A stretch of 41,763 nucleotides of DNA from Gammaproteobacteria bacterium (GCA_012103395.1 WLWV01000001.1:1-41763); one strand, 5' to 3'; numbered from the stretch's first letter, positions 18,923-29,525 are shown. Notes: generated by a model not told the origin, from the letters alone. Made by a program: numbers and translations.

Positions 18923-21900
18923 GACTGTTTTCTGCCTCTTGCACTAATCAATTTTTTGATTATATGGGCCAATGCAAACACATTATACGGCCGATTAATA
19001 TAGTCATCAGCACCTAGATACAATGCTTTATCCCGATGCTGCTCATCCGATCTCGAAGTAATAACAACCACGGGAAGCGTATCGAAACGAGGATCTTTCC
19101 TTAGCTCCACCAGGAATTCGTAGCCACCCATTTCGGGCATCTCTATATCCACCAGAACAATATCAACCTTCGTCTGATTCAGTGTTTCCAACGCCTCAAT
19201 GCCATTTCTCGCGACCAAAGCCTCCAGCCCAATGGAATTGATATCCCGTTGCATGACGGTTCGTAACACCGGAGAGTCATCCACAATCAACACCTGCTTT
19301 AATCTTTTGGAAGCTTCGTCGCCATCCTCAAGTTTAGGTATCACCAAAGGTTGGGTTTCCAGTTCCATCGTTTCAATAAACTGGCCTGGATCCAAAATCA
19401 GAACAATGCTGGAGTCAGCCAGAACAGTCACGCCTGAGACACCATTAATTGACACAAGCTGAGTGCCGGGTGTCTTGCTAACAATATCAACTGTTTCCTC
19501 AAACCCATCAACAGAAAACGCGGCAACTCGATCTGCTAGTCGAATCACAATAATGGACGCCGTTCCTTTGCTTGCAACGGATCCCGCCACTTCCATTCTA
19601 TCGGGCAAATCCAAAATAGGTAAACGTCGGTCATTGAAATTGAGGTGCAGAACGCCACCCACATTGATGAGATCTGACTTTCTAACTTCAATGATTCGCT
19701 CTATCGTGCGGGACAAAATAGCACACCGATAGTCCCCAAGCCTGACCAGTAGTGCTTGAGTAACAGACAGTGTCACTGGCAAGCGGAATTGAAAGCTTGT
19801 TCCATGTCCTCTTTGAGTAGACACCGACAGGGAGCCTCCTAAATTTCGGACTGACTGATAAACAACGTTCATCCCGACCCCTCGACCAGACTCCAGACTG
19901 ACTACTTCTTCTGTGCTGTATCCCGGCTGAACGATAACTTGCAATAAGTGATCATCCGTCACCTCTCTCATGTTTTTAGCAAAACCTAGCCTGACGGCTC
20001 TGGCGGCAATTTTATAGTAGTCCAACCCCCGGCCATCATCCTTCAATTCAACGAACAACTCAGTGCCCTGCTGAGTGACCTTAAGTTGCAATTGTCCTTC
20101 TAGGTTCTTATTCTCATGAGAACGAATACTGGATGGTTCAATGCCATGGGCGATGGCATTACGAATCATGTGCTCGAAGGGCGCTATCATGGTCCCAATG
20201 ACTTGTCTATCAACTTCGATTTCGCCGCCGATCACAATAAAATTAACTGGCTTTTTAGCTTTTCTCGATGCCTCCCGAACCAATTGCCTCAATCGTGGCA
20301 TATGCTCATTAATTGACGACATCCGGGCGCTCATAAGCCCAGATTGAAGCTGCTCACCCAGATAAAACTGTCGAAGTAACGCTTCCCCCAACTCAGACGC
20401 TCGGTCATCCAATGATTTTTCTACCCCTAACAACTTACCCAACTGCGAGTTTAGTGTCTCAGTTTGAGTTTGGAGATTAACAAAACGGTCTCTATGAGAA
20501 GAATCAATTCCTCCCGATATAATGCTGTTTTCAAATGGCATCGGGCAAGCAGCAACCAATGCCTCCGATTCACTTTCAATTTCAACCACTGACTCCTTCA
20601 TGGACCGCACGCTGTCTCTGAAAACATCCAGCTCCTTTCTGGTTTGTTCCAACATATTTTTCAATTGTGTCCGAATCAATCCCAGCTCTCCAGAGTGATT
20701 CACCAGCTCAGAGAGTTTCTTATTCTCAATTCTCAACGAGTTGTCAGCGAATCCCGCCTCTGATTGTTCATTCATCTCATCGAATTCATCCAGCTGCGTC
20801 ATGGTGAAAGCAAGAGGAGACGACATGGGCTCCTCCTTTCTCAAACCACGGGGCAATCTGCCTCCATCCTCAACAGAGGAGTCCATTGGCTTTTCCATTA
20901 GCCCTAACCGAGCGTGTGAATACTCATTAGCTAGCGACGGTATTTTCTGTGAATCCTCCACAGATGCATCATCACCAGCTAAAGTAGAGTAATTCGTTGA
21001 CGTTTTTTCAATACCACGAGAAGGCGGTTCTTTTAGCTCACGCCTAAGGGACTCGTCCGACAATAGCAACGTAATGGCCTTATTCAACGATCTCATGTGA
21101 TTGCCCGCACCAGCTGGAATAAAACCGAGTTCCGAAGCCAAGCCATCATGAATTTCTTCTAACAGATTGAGTAAACTCGATTGCTCACTGTGCGGCGAAA
21201 CCTCTTCTTGATCCAGAAAGCTTTCAACGTTATGGCATAAAATAGACACATTATCGAAGCCTGTCGCTCCCGCGCTTCCCTTAAGCGTATGAAACTCACG
21301 ACGTATAGAGATCAACATTTCAGGGGTGAGCTCACCCGCACGCCATTCTGACAAGTGTTGATTCACTCTAGACAGAATTGACTTGCTTTCATCCAAGAAA
21401 ATCACTCTTATATCAGGGCCAGCATGGGCTTTTTCTATATTTTCTTCTGAGAGTAAATCGGCCGTGGCATTCAACAGCGTCTGTGAAACAAAACGCAGTT
21501 CCGATACAATATTCTCCGGCAACACTCCTTTTGAGCGAATTTCATCACCCGCCCTATCCAACAACCCGATAGCGCCCTCGAATAACTCGTCAAAACGTAT
21601 AGAAAATGTATTAAAAGAGGCTTGAGAATGAACAATAGGCTCTAAAGCCTCTACACAGATGGCGATACTGTCAAATTGAATACTCCGACAATTCCCAGCT
21701 AGCGCATGAACGCTTCGTAAAAAAGTTTCCTGATAGGATAAGGTATCAATGTTCTCAGCGTTCGATACCAGCGACCGATAGCTGCTTTTCAAACGCAAAG
21801 TATGTTCTTTTAGCTCTCCAACAAATATTTGTCTAAGCTCGTCTGAAAATAGAATGCTGAATCGCTTGGGAGATTCTGATTCTTCATACTCACTTGACAC

Positions 21901-24285
21901 GTCCTGAGCCCGAGCGGAGCGTTTCCAATCTCCGTTTCGATTTCCCTGCAATCTCTCTGCAACCAATTGCTCCTCTTTCTTAGCTCGAGCACTATCGATC
22001 AGCACGTTTAAAGCAAGCTGCCAATCCTGCACGCTTTGCCCCGAATCCCCTTCTATCTGCTCAATATCTGAACAAAATTCCTGTCGAACTCGATCACACA
22101 TTGATTTAACAAAGCGCTCGGCACTCTCATCAAAATCCAAATCTTCACCATTCAAAGCCTCCATGGTTGACTCGCCCAATTCAGCGAACTCAGCGGCTTC
22201 CTGCTGTCCTTGTCCCACGAGAAAAACATTGACCGCCTTGAACACAGCTTGGATTTCACGTATCAACACCCGCTTCCCAGAATTAACTTTGAGGACTCGT
22301 CTTTTTTCGTCAATGCGATCCAAAAGTGGCATCACAAACCTTTTATCAGTCTCGCTGGTGTCGTCCCATAGCACACTCTGGGAACCCACTAAATCGACAA
22401 ACCCATCTGTTTGCAACGTCTCTATCTGCCCATACGAGGAATCCAGCCCGGGCTCTAAGGCCCCATCCTCAGAATCAGACGAATCACTGTTAGAACTTTC
22501 TGGATAAAGCTTTTCTTCAGTGCAACCTTCGACACTCATTGATTTTAGCGCAGCTCTGGCATTATCAATCAATCGATCAGAATGATTATCCGTGTATTGC
22601 AGTTCATCAGCATAGACCTGCAAACTGGCAATAACAAATGCCACCTGCTCCCTTTGAGCGGGAGAAATAGTCAAAGATGTTTCATCCTGACAAAAAGCAT
22701 CGATAGTAAGGATCAGTGAACGTGCCAGATCCAATCCTTTATTTGCTTCCAAAATGACAAACAACTTGGTCAATTCTGATAACCCCGATCTAATACGGCT
22801 AAGGTTGACTAAATCACCATCTTGCTGGTAATTGTAGATAACACTCTCAAAACTTCTAAGACGGTTTACAATTTCCCGGAGAAGAAGATTTTTGGCTTCT
22901 TCCACTTCATTGGCCACATATCGTGCATCTACCACAATCCCCTTAAACTCATCATCGCCATCACCGATCAATGCAAGGAGATCGCTTCTGCAAGCGTTGA
23001 CGGTCGACAACCACTGGACCGAAGACACTGGGGGGCGACGTAATCCATCAATCGACACCAACACAGCAGACGCTAATCGCAAATCACTGTTCGATCCATC
23101 AACATTTCGGCCTGCGTAAAAGAATGTCTTGATCGTGGACATAATCGTTTCCACCAAATTCGCAAGATCTGAAATTCCTCTTTCACGGGCCTCTCCTTCT
23201 AGAAGTTGTAACAACGAAAGAAAAGATACATTGGTATCGCTGGACTTATCTCCAGTAAGACACTCCTCCAGCCCTGTTTCCAACAAGTACAGTTCGGAAG
23301 AGCTGAAAACATCGGCTAGCTCCCCCAACTTTCTCTCAAGCTCTCGATCACGTATTCCCTTAGTGTCTTCGGCACTAAAAACAAACCATTGTTCCAACCT
23401 AGTTTGTTCGTACACCTCAGAGTGAACCAACCCACCAGCCTGAACCGCGTTACTTACCCCACTACCGATGTAGAATAACATCTGCTTAAGCAATTCTTGA
23501 GGTGGGTTTTGTTTGATCGATTCGTTACTCTCATCTTTCATTCGAGTAATTTCGAGGTCAAGATTAGCAAACTGCGCTTTCACTTCATTGGAAACTGATA
23601 GTTCTCCACGACGCATCACGTCGACGAAATCCTTTGCAACCACCCACAGTGCTTTTAAAACATCAATTTTACTGACCTGCTTTAGCTGATCTAGTACCTC
23701 TGAAATGTTAGACAACATCCCCTGCTGATTATCATGGCTTAACCAATGTAACAGCGATTGTCTGAATCTTTGCCGTAAGTGAAAAAGGAGGTTAATTCTC
23801 TCAGAGTCGGTCAGACGAAGTGTTCGTTCGTGTGAAATTTTGAGATTAAGGTCCAGCGAAGGAGCAAACAAATCATACAATGCCAATCTAGTTCGGTTTG
23901 TCAGCTTTCGAACAGCATTAATGGAGGCAACTAGCGCTAAGGGTGATTGGGGTGATTCACTTTCAATAGCATAAAGGTATGTTTTGACCTCGCCGATCCC
24001 GACAATAAACCTAGAGAGCATATGTTCCATCTGACTTGAGTCACCCTGCTCAACCATCCGTTGGTTCAACAATGCTAGGTCCTCAACGAACAGACAGATA
24101 GCGTTTAAGTCCAGAATTCGTAGGATGCCATATACTTTGTGCAGGGAGTCAGAAGCAACATTTAACGTGACGATGTCAGCGCCATGTCGAACTCTGGTCG
24201 CGCTATTTTCTATCCGCTTAATATACTCCCACAGCTCAGGCTTAACCCAACCAAACATTTGTGGACCACAAGACGGAATGCTCAT
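18919..24285 (-). CDS. chpA: ChpA/PilL-type hybrid CheA histidine kinase (multiple Hpt, HATPase, CheW-like and C-terminal receiver domains)
   Basis: 1788-aa ORF. Hpt-like motifs are SLHKVYGILRILDL (His49), SVHALAGNCRS, and the canonical EFHTLKGSAGATGF (His about 999, nt about 21289-21291). The kinase core has FEHMIRNAIAHGIE, DDGRGLD and GRGVGMNVV. A CheW-like domain follows (LLVRLGDYRCAILS...). The C-terminal REC domain has VLIVDDS...DIVLVDIEMPEMGG...VVVITS. Confidence 0.85.
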   Translation of the reverse strand: MSIPSCGPQMFGWVKPELWEYIKRIENSATRVRHGADIVTLNVASDSLHKVYGILRILDLNAICLFVEDLALLNQRMVEQGDSSQMEHMLSRFIVGIGEVKTYLYAIESESPQSPLALVASINAVRKLTNRTRLALYDLFAPSLDLNLKISHERTLRLTDSERINLLFHLRQRFRQSLLHWLSHDNQQGMLSNISEVLDQLKQVSKIDVLKALWVVAKDFVDVMRRGELSVSNEVKAQFANLDLEITRMKDESNESIKQNPPQELLKQMLFYIGSGVSNAVQAGGLVHSEVYEQTRLEQWFVFSAEDTKGIRDRELERKLGELADVFSSSELYLLETGLEECLTGDKSSDTNVSFLSLLQLLEGEARERGISDLANLVETIMSTIKTFFYAGRNVDGSNSDLRLASAVLVSIDGLRRPPVSSVQWLSTVNACRSDLLALIGDGDDEFKGIVVDARYVANEVEEAKNLLLREIVNRLRSFESVIYNYQQDGDLVNLSRIRSGLSELTKLFVILEANKGLDLARSLILTIDAFCQDETSLTISPAQREQVAFVIASLQVYADELQYTDNHSDRLIDNARAALKSMSVEGCTEEKLYPESSNSDSSDSEDGALEPGLDSSYGQIETLQTDGFVDLVGSQSVLWDDTSETDKRFVMPLLDRIDEKRRVLKVNSGKRVLIREIQAVFKAVNVFLVGQGQQEAAEFAELGESTMEALNGEDLDFDESAERFVKSMCDRVRQEFCSDIEQIEGDSGQSVQDWQLALNVLIDSARAKKEEQLVAERLQGNRNGDWKRSARAQDVSSEYEESESPKRFSILFSDELRQIFVGELKEHTLRLKSSYRSLVSNAENIDTLSYQETFLRSVHALAGNCRSIQFDSIAICVEALEPIVHSQASFNTFSIRFDELFEGAIGLLDRAGDEIRSKGVLPENIVSELRFVSQTLLNATADLLSEENIEKAHAGPDIRVIFLDESKSILSRVNQHLSEWRAGELTPEMLISIRREFHTLKGSAGATGFDNVSILCHNVESFLDQEEVSPHSEQSSLLNLLEEIHDGLASELGFIPAGAGNHMRSLNKAITLLLSDESLRRELKEPPSRGIEKTSTNYSTLAGDDASVEDSQKIPSLANEYSHARLGLMEKPMDSSVEDGGRLPRGLRKEEPMSSPLAFTMTQLDEFDEMNEQSEAGFADNSLRIENKKLSELVNHSGELGLIRTQLKNMLEQTRKELDVFRDSVRSMKESVVEIESESEALVAACPMPFENSIISGGIDSSHRDRFVNLQTQTETLNSQLGKLLGVEKSLDDRASELGEALLRQFYLGEQLQSGLMSARMSSINEHMPRLRQLVREASRKAKKPVNFIVIGGEIEVDRQVIGTMIAPFEHMIRNAIAHGIEPSSIRSHENKNLEGQLQLKVTQQGTELFVELKDDGRGLDYYKIAARAVRLGFAKNMREVTDDHLLQVIVQPGYSTEEVVSLESGRGVGMNVVYQSVRNLGGSLSVSTQRGHGTSFQFRLPVTLSVTQALLVRLGDYRCAILSRTIERIIEVRKSDLINVGGVLHLNFNDRRLPILDLPDRMEVAGSVASKGTASIIVIRLADRVAAFSVDGFEETVDIVSKTPGTQLVSINGVSGVTVLADSSIVLILDPGQFIETMELETQPLVIPKLEDGDEASKRLKQVLIVDDSPVLRTVMQRDINSIGLEALVARNGIEALETLNQTKVDIVLVDIEMPEMGGYEFLVELRKDPRFDTLPVVVITSRSDEQHRDKALYLGADDYINRPYNVFALAHIIKKLISARGRKQS

Positions 24286-24343
24286 CTGGCTATACTTGCC
24301 TATTTGTTATACACAGCGAAAGAAATAAAATTAGAAACAATGG

Positions 24344-26578
24344 TTAATCCACCCTAAAACCCATAATAGACCGATTCAATCTTTGTGCCACTATTTTTAG
24401 CTGTCCCATCGCATTTGCCACTTCAGACGCATTAGAATTGTTTCGACGGGAAGATATATTTAGCATTTCAATGCGGTCACTGATCGACTCCATCGTTTCC
24501 AACTCTTCCTCGGAGCCGCCTGAGAACTGACTAATCGATCCCATTAACTGTTGATTCGTTGATTTAATTCGGTCAAACACGGCTTCGGTTTCATCAGTCA
24601 TTCGAACCCCTGATGCAATTTCTTTGGTCGTTGTTTCCATGAGAAAAACCGCATTGTTGATATCCTGATTAATATTTTTCACCAGCTCCTCTATTCTACC
24701 TGAAGCATCCGCCGATCTTTCAGCTAACTTTTGAACTTCTTCCACCACTACGGCAAAACCCTTTCCAGCCTCCCCGGCCATTGCGGCCTGAATAGACGCA
24801 TTGAGAGACAGCACATTGGTTCGTTCAGAAACACTCTGAATACCTTTAGTCAGATCGCTAATTTGCTGTGAATGGTCAGACAGTCGGCGCAATCGTCCAA
24901 GTGTATCCTGTACCTGAGTTCTCGCAGCCCCCATCCCCTGTACGGTCTGCCGCACATTGCTTGCCCCTTCCGTCGCAGCATCAACCGAAACACTCAACCA
25001 TTGGGAGGATTCGGAAGCATTCTTGTAAAAAAAGTCGATCACGTCAGTTACCTTTCTAACATCACCATAAATACCCGCAACCTGAGCATATTGAGTTTCA
25101 TTATCTAACCGGAATCTTGAAATAAGAGAACCCATCTCCTTTGTGCATTCGTCTACATCCCAAGATGCAGATCGAATTTCTTCAACCATCAATCGCATAC
25201 TTTTCACAGCGAAATTAACTGACTTCGTAAGCGCATCGGCCATTTCATCGCTAGTTTCCGAATGCACTGTCAGGTCTCCATTGGTAAATTCTTGAAGATC
25301 GACAATCAATTGATCAATTGCAGCAGTGGAAATCGAGCCCTGATAATCATCAGAGTTCGACGGGGTTCCACCACGATTACCTGAAACTCGCGCAAAGCAA
25401 GCCAGCGACATTAGCGCTAGTGCGATTAGCACAAAACGTATGCGCTGGTTAAAGATCCAATGGTTTACAAATACTGCCGAAGTAGCGATATCCAACTCTA
25501 ACTGATCAAGGAGTTTCGCCAAAACCAAACTATTCTCGGTTACTCTATCTACAGAATTTTGTAGCCAAAACGAGGCCTCCACTGGCTTCAACATATCGCC
25601 CACACTATCATCAAGCTGCGCGAAATCGTCGAGTAGCTCGGCCGGCCATGCCCCAATGATTTCGCGGCCATTCTCCAGCAACAATCTGTTATTGGACTCA
25701 AGTTTCATCATGTCTGCTTTTACCAAGCTTACCGATAGACCAATCCCAGTCCGGCCTCTGACCAACCAACCTGCATTCGACTTCACCCGTTCTAGCAGGA
25801 CATTCTGCTCACCAAGCAGCGCTGCCACTCCTTCTCCTAAACGCTGCTCAACGACCTGACCAATCATCAAATTTAGTTGAGTCGAAAGTTTGAATATCAA
25901 ATCATCCATCGACTCGACATCATCCCATGTCGAATCCAACACCAAGTGATTTTTTAACAATAAATCAATCTCTGGAAAGATGGTGTATTTCAAGCGACTA
26001 ATCGCTGTTAGCTGACTAGTCTCATTGGCGTCCCGCACAGATAAGCCAAGAGGGAGGATCCTCTCAAACTTCGTCAATTCGCTAAGCGCATCGCTTTTTA
26101 GTGCATTGAGACTGATACGCTCTTCAGGGGAGCTTTCTCTAATACGTGATGTTTGAAGAGCGACATCCCTAATTTTAATTTGCAGACTTTGCGCTGTTTC
26201 TGACAGCATACCTTTGACTTTCTCTGCGTTAAATCGCTGATATTCGACATAAAAGAGCGCGGCTGAAGCGACGAGCAAAACAAAAAGCCATAACACCGAA
26301 GCCCAGTTGATGTCCCTAGGTCTATTTTTTGATATTGTGGCGCTTGAAAAAGCAGTCTCGCCGGAATCGACAGCCTCCATTTTTAGCCCCAACGCATTTG
26401 CTTCCGAATTATTACCACTCTGGTTATGAATAGATTTCGCAGTAGAATCGGCAAATCCTGATCCATCATCTTGCAGAGCACTCTTCATCTCAGACAGCCC
26501 GTGCTCCGTTGGATTTCCAGTTCGTTTTGAATACGCCGACTTATCTTTCATATATGCAGAGTTCCAGCGATGAGGCAA
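24344..26578 (-). CDS. pilJ: PilJ-like methyl-accepting chemotaxis protein
   Basis: Two TM segments ([32 protein letters not shown]). PilJ-like [24 protein letters not shown] follows TM2, and the MCP signalling hairpin is [35 protein letters not shown]. The start is ambiguous. The track start at 26578 is TTG and the first ATG is at 26551. The ATG at 26380 has a GGGG Shine-Dalgarno-like motif and would give 678 aa, close to the recalled 682 aa of P. aeruginosa PilJ. Confidence 0.8.
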   Translation of the reverse strand: MPHRWNSAYMKDKSAYSKRTGNPTEHGLSEMKSALQDDGSGFADSTAKSIHNQSGNNSEANALGLKMEAVDSGETAFSSATISKNRPRDINWASVLWLFVLLVASAALFYVEYQRFNAEKVKGMLSETAQSLQIKIRDVALQTSRIRESSPEERISLNALKSDALSELTKFERILPLGLSVRDANETSQLTAISRLKYTIFPEIDLLLKNHLVLDSTWDDVESMDDLIFKLSTQLNLMIGQVVEQRLGEGVAALLGEQNVLLERVKSNAGWLVRGRTGIGLSVSLVKADMMKLESNNRLLLENGREIIGAWPAELLDDFAQLDDSVGDMLKPVEASFWLQNSVDRVTENSLVLAKLLDQLELDIATSAVFVNHWIFNQRIRFVLIALALMSLACFARVSGNRGGTPSNSDDYQGSISTAAIDQLIVDLQEFTNGDLTVHSETSDEMADALTKSVNFAVKSMRLMVEEIRSASWDVDECTKEMGSLISRFRLDNETQYAQVAGIYGDVRKVTDVIDFFYKNASESSQWLSVSVDAATEGASNVRQTVQGMGAARTQVQDTLGRLRRLSDHSQQISDLTKGIQSVSERTNVLSLNASIQAAMAGEAGKGFAVVVEEVQKLAERSADASGRIEELVKNINQDINNAVFLMETTTKEIASGVRMTDETEAVFDRIKSTNQQLMGSISQFSGGSEEELETMESISDRIEMLNISSRRNNSNASEVANAMGQLKIVAQRLNRSIMGFRVD

Positions 26579-26745
26579 GTGAACGTTTGATTGATCAAGT
26601 CAGACATGACGCGTATCGGGAAAACAGCTCATTTTTATCACAGCCCACCCAAAATGGCTGCGGTTATGATCCCAACCATTGACTCAGAAATATCTGCCAA
26701 TAATAGCCGCGCATTCATTTTTATCTGTCTTACCTACCTTCCCTC

Positions 26746-27270
26746 TTATCTACCTATATTCGCGAACAACTCACTATTGGTAAGTATTCGCATATCGATC
26801 ACACACCACCTTTGCAGCCCCTCCATCAAAAATGAATTTAGATAAGGCCTTAATCCAGGCTCAACATCATTCACATCTCCGCGGGGAATATCATGATCAA
26901 AAGACCGCAAACTAACCTTGTTCTGTAACAACAATGCACTCTTGAGTCGCCCCTCCGCCAGCACCAACAAATTCGCCCCAGAGCTCACTTTCACTGGTCT
27001 TCGCCCAATAAGTTGAGCAAAATCAATCACCGTATAAATTTCACCCCTGATATTCGTCATACCTCTTACCCAAGGCTTTACCATTGGTAAGGGGCTACAT
27101 CCTCCACAAGGAAATATCTCGTATTGCCCCATGAAGGGGACTGCCAGATTCAACTCATCGATACTGAAAGTAAAACCGCGCCAAGATTCAACGAATAATT
27201 GGTCCTCACCAAGCACCGCATTACCCTGGCTCAAGAGTTCCAATTGCCTAAACAACTCCAACGGTTGCAT
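26746..27270 (-). CDS. pilI: PilI-like CheW coupling protein
   Basis: CheW domain with the PilI-like core VRGMTNIRGEIYTVIDFAQLIG. The track start at 27285 is GTG. The ATG at 27270 gives MQPLELFRQLE..., which aligns better with the recalled PilI N-terminus. Confidence 0.72.
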   Translation of the reverse strand: MQPLELFRQLELLSQGNAVLGEDQLFVESWRGFTFSIDELNLAVPFMGQYEIFPCGGCSPLPMVKPWVRGMTNIRGEIYTVIDFAQLIGRRPVKVSSGANLLVLAEGRLKSALLLQNKVSLRSFDHDIPRGDVNDVEPGLRPYLNSFLMEGLQRWCVIDMRILTNSELFANIGR

Positions 27271-27466
27271 ATTTGAAGTGTTCACTATTCTATATAAGAT
27301 CTGCGAATTATACCGAGGAGGCCAATAGCGAATGCACTATCCATCATCGTTTTGGAACACTATTTAAATTAGCCACTTTAGATTCTGGTTACTGACATTC
27401 GACTTTCCATTATTCCGAGTTCCCGCTGGCAGAGGCAAATTAGGACAATATCACAGACGCCATTCA

Positions 27467-27844
27467 TCACAGGTAGCGTTTCGCCGCATCCAGCAGCTCT
27501 TCTTTGACAAATGGTTTGTTAATGTGGTCTTCGGCTCCAACGAGTCGGCCTTTAACTCTATCAAAAAGCCCAGTCATACTGGACACCATCACCACAGGAA
27601 TATCTTTGTATGTTTGATTGCTCTTAACCAGAGAGCAGGTCTTATATCCGTCCAGTTTGGGCATGACTATATCGAGGAAAACTAGATCAGGGTGATGATC
27701 GGTAATTTGGGTAATCGCTTCGAATCCATTGGAGGCTGTAAATACCTCATAGCCCGCACGCTCCAATGCATCCGTGGCTTCATGCAGAATCGTTTGACTA
27801 TCGTCAACCACAAGTATTTTTTTCATTTTTATTTGTAACGGCAT
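27467..27844 (-). CDS. pilG: PilG-like single-domain CheY response regulator
   Basis: 125-aa REC domain (ILVVDDS, FLDIVMPKLDGY, VVMVSS, NKPF). By recalled sequences it is closer to PilG than PilH (DGYKTCSLVKSN, GLFDRVKGRLVGA). It is the first gene of the cluster. Confidence 0.8.
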   Translation of the reverse strand: MPLQIKMKKILVVDDSQTILHEATDALERAGYEVFTASNGFEAITQITDHHPDLVFLDIVMPKLDGYKTCSLVKSNQTYKDIPVVMVSSMTGLFDRVKGRLVGAEDHINKPFVKEELLDAAKRYL

Positions 27845-28111
27845 CTGTCAATTCAATGGCACGAACTAGGCACTAACAGCAAATAACACAAACGCAAAGG
27901 CATGGTCGAAAACGCGAATTCTGTTATGGCTTAGTTGTTGCCTGATGATAAAACTTGATCGTTTCCCGAACAACATTTACTCGAACAGAATCAGCAAATA
28001 GTGACCTATCATTGAGTTACTGACGACAAAAGCGAAAATCAAAAACCCAAACCTTATCAAGTACTAATATATATGAGTATGGTAAAATTTAACAGCGCCA
28101 AAAGTGTAGCT

Positions 28112-28251
28112 GGTAGTGTACCCTGAGGTCTGTAATTTATTTCTTTAGCGATGTTCGTTTGGCTTAGGCGAAGTGAGCGTAGCGAACGAAGCCAAAGCCA
28201 ATAGCGAAGCTGCAATAGAAAGCTAAATTACAGACCTCAGATTACACTACC
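28112..28251. repeat. 140-bp palindromic (MITE/REP-like) element with 28-nt terminal inverted repeats
   Basis: The left arm is GGTAGTGTA-CC-CTGAGGTCTGTAATTTA (28112-28139). The right arm is TAAATTACAGACCTCAG-AT-TACACTACC (28224-28251). They are complementary at 26 of 28 positions. The 84-nt interior is rich in AGCGAA-type repeats with partial self-complementarity. Confidence 0.75.
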
Positions 28252-28466
28252 GCTCATTCAAGGGTCTGAATATTCAAACTAAATCGCACATCTTTTTGAA
28301 TTCAGACACCATCCATGGGATACTCGTTAGAGTTTCGGCATGTACGAATCGGTATTAGCCGACACACTCATGCTGGCCGCTAGGGCCCACCGAGTGACCG
28401 AGCAAAGAGTTGTAAGTTACTTCTTCAAGGTGAGTCATCGTCTCTCAACAACTACAGTACACCGCC

Positions 28467-29468
28467 ATGCATCACTACGACGTCAATCTCCATTTACACC
28501 CTTTGATCGGCCCCGGTTACGAGCCCATTCAAGATGATCCGGTGTTTGACCCTGCTCGTCACTTAGCCCTTGAAAAGCCAGCCTCAACACTCAGCTTGAC
28601 AGACCTCGGTTACGGTGAAGAAATTGCGGCTACAACGCCGACACAGGTAGCAGCAACGTCTTGCTTTCGTGTATTAAGTGATGAGGGTGTTGAGACGATG
28701 TTGCACGTCTGCAAACAACTAGAAGCCTTTACAACCTCTAACCCCAGGGTTGCGCGTAATACCCGCGGAGGAGTGTATCGATCAAAATTCTTGAGGGACT
28801 TCAGTATGTGCCCAGAGTACATCGAGCACTTGTCAGGCATTATGGAAACTCCTTTATTGCCTTTAGCCATGGGTCACCAAATAGCCCACCTAAATTACCA
28901 ACCATTAACCGTCGGTAAAAACATCGACAAATGGCACTACGACACTTTACAAGTTGACACTGTGATGTTTGTAACGGATCCCAAATCAGTCGAAGGCGGT
29001 GAGTTTCAATATTTCAAGGGCACGCGCAAGGAAATGGGCGAGATTTATGCATCAGGGAAGTCCTTTCCGCATAACCGGATCGAATCACCTGATATGCCAG
29101 GTCCGGGTTACTCTGTGCTAATGCAAGGCAACTATGTGGTTCATCAAGCGAAAGGGCTTCGTAAGGAAGGAGAGCGAATCACTCTAGTCAACGGCTTTAG
29201 CTATGCAGATCAACATATACCTGATTACACCGCTCTTGGACAGCTTTTTCACGCGGACCCACCCAATATCGCCTCAGCGGAGTACGCACGTCACATTGCA
29301 CTGCGATGTAGCCGGCAATTAGAACAATTTATCAATGAGCCTAGATTTAGCGATTCTCCAAAGAAACATGCGCAGGGCTTGTCCCTTGTGCAAACCGAGT
29401 TAAACAAAGCTATTGAGCAACTCAATAATGCTGATGGTGAAGAAATGCGGCACTTCGGCGAGAGCTGA
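28467..29468 (+). CDS. 2-oxoglutarate/Fe(II)-dependent oxygenase superfamily protein (putative hydroxylase, substrate unknown)
   Basis: 333-aa ORF. The motif spacing is typical of P4H-like 2OG oxygenases: HxD in KWHYDT, VMFVTDP...EGGEFQYF, distal His in NYVVHQA, and Arg in ERITLVNGF. There is no obvious Shine-Dalgarno and no earlier in-frame start (TGA at 28431-28433). Confidence 0.55.
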   Translation: MHHYDVNLHLHPLIGPGYEPIQDDPVFDPARHLALEKPASTLSLTDLGYGEEIAATTPTQVAATSCFRVLSDEGVETMLHVCKQLEAFTTSNPRVARNTRGGVYRSKFLRDFSMCPEYIEHLSGIMETPLLPLAMGHQIAHLNYQPLTVGKNIDKWHYDTLQVDTVMFVTDPKSVEGGEFQYFKGTRKEMGEIYASGKSFPHNRIESPDMPGPGYSVLMQGNYVVHQAKGLRKEGERITLVNGFSYADQHIPDYTALGQLFHADPPNIASAEYARHIALRCSRQLEQFINEPRFSDSPKKHAQGLSLVQTELNKAIEQLNNADGEEMRHFGES

Positions 29469-29525
29469 CCTTGGTTACTCCTCAATTCTAAGTCTCTCTT
29501 AAGTTCAGTTATCTGGGGAAAGACT

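Noticed and set aside
27286-27466. Possible decayed pilH in the 181-bp pilG-pilI spacer.
   Set aside because: Translating the minus strand by eye gave no REC-domain-like stretch (no DD...D...T/S...K pattern). The spacer is also too short for a receiver domain.
28340-28537. 65-aa plus-strand ORF overlapping the start of the oxygenase-like gene in another frame.
   Set aside because: It is Arg/Ser/Thr-rich with no motif. It overlaps the better-supported 333-aa ORF.
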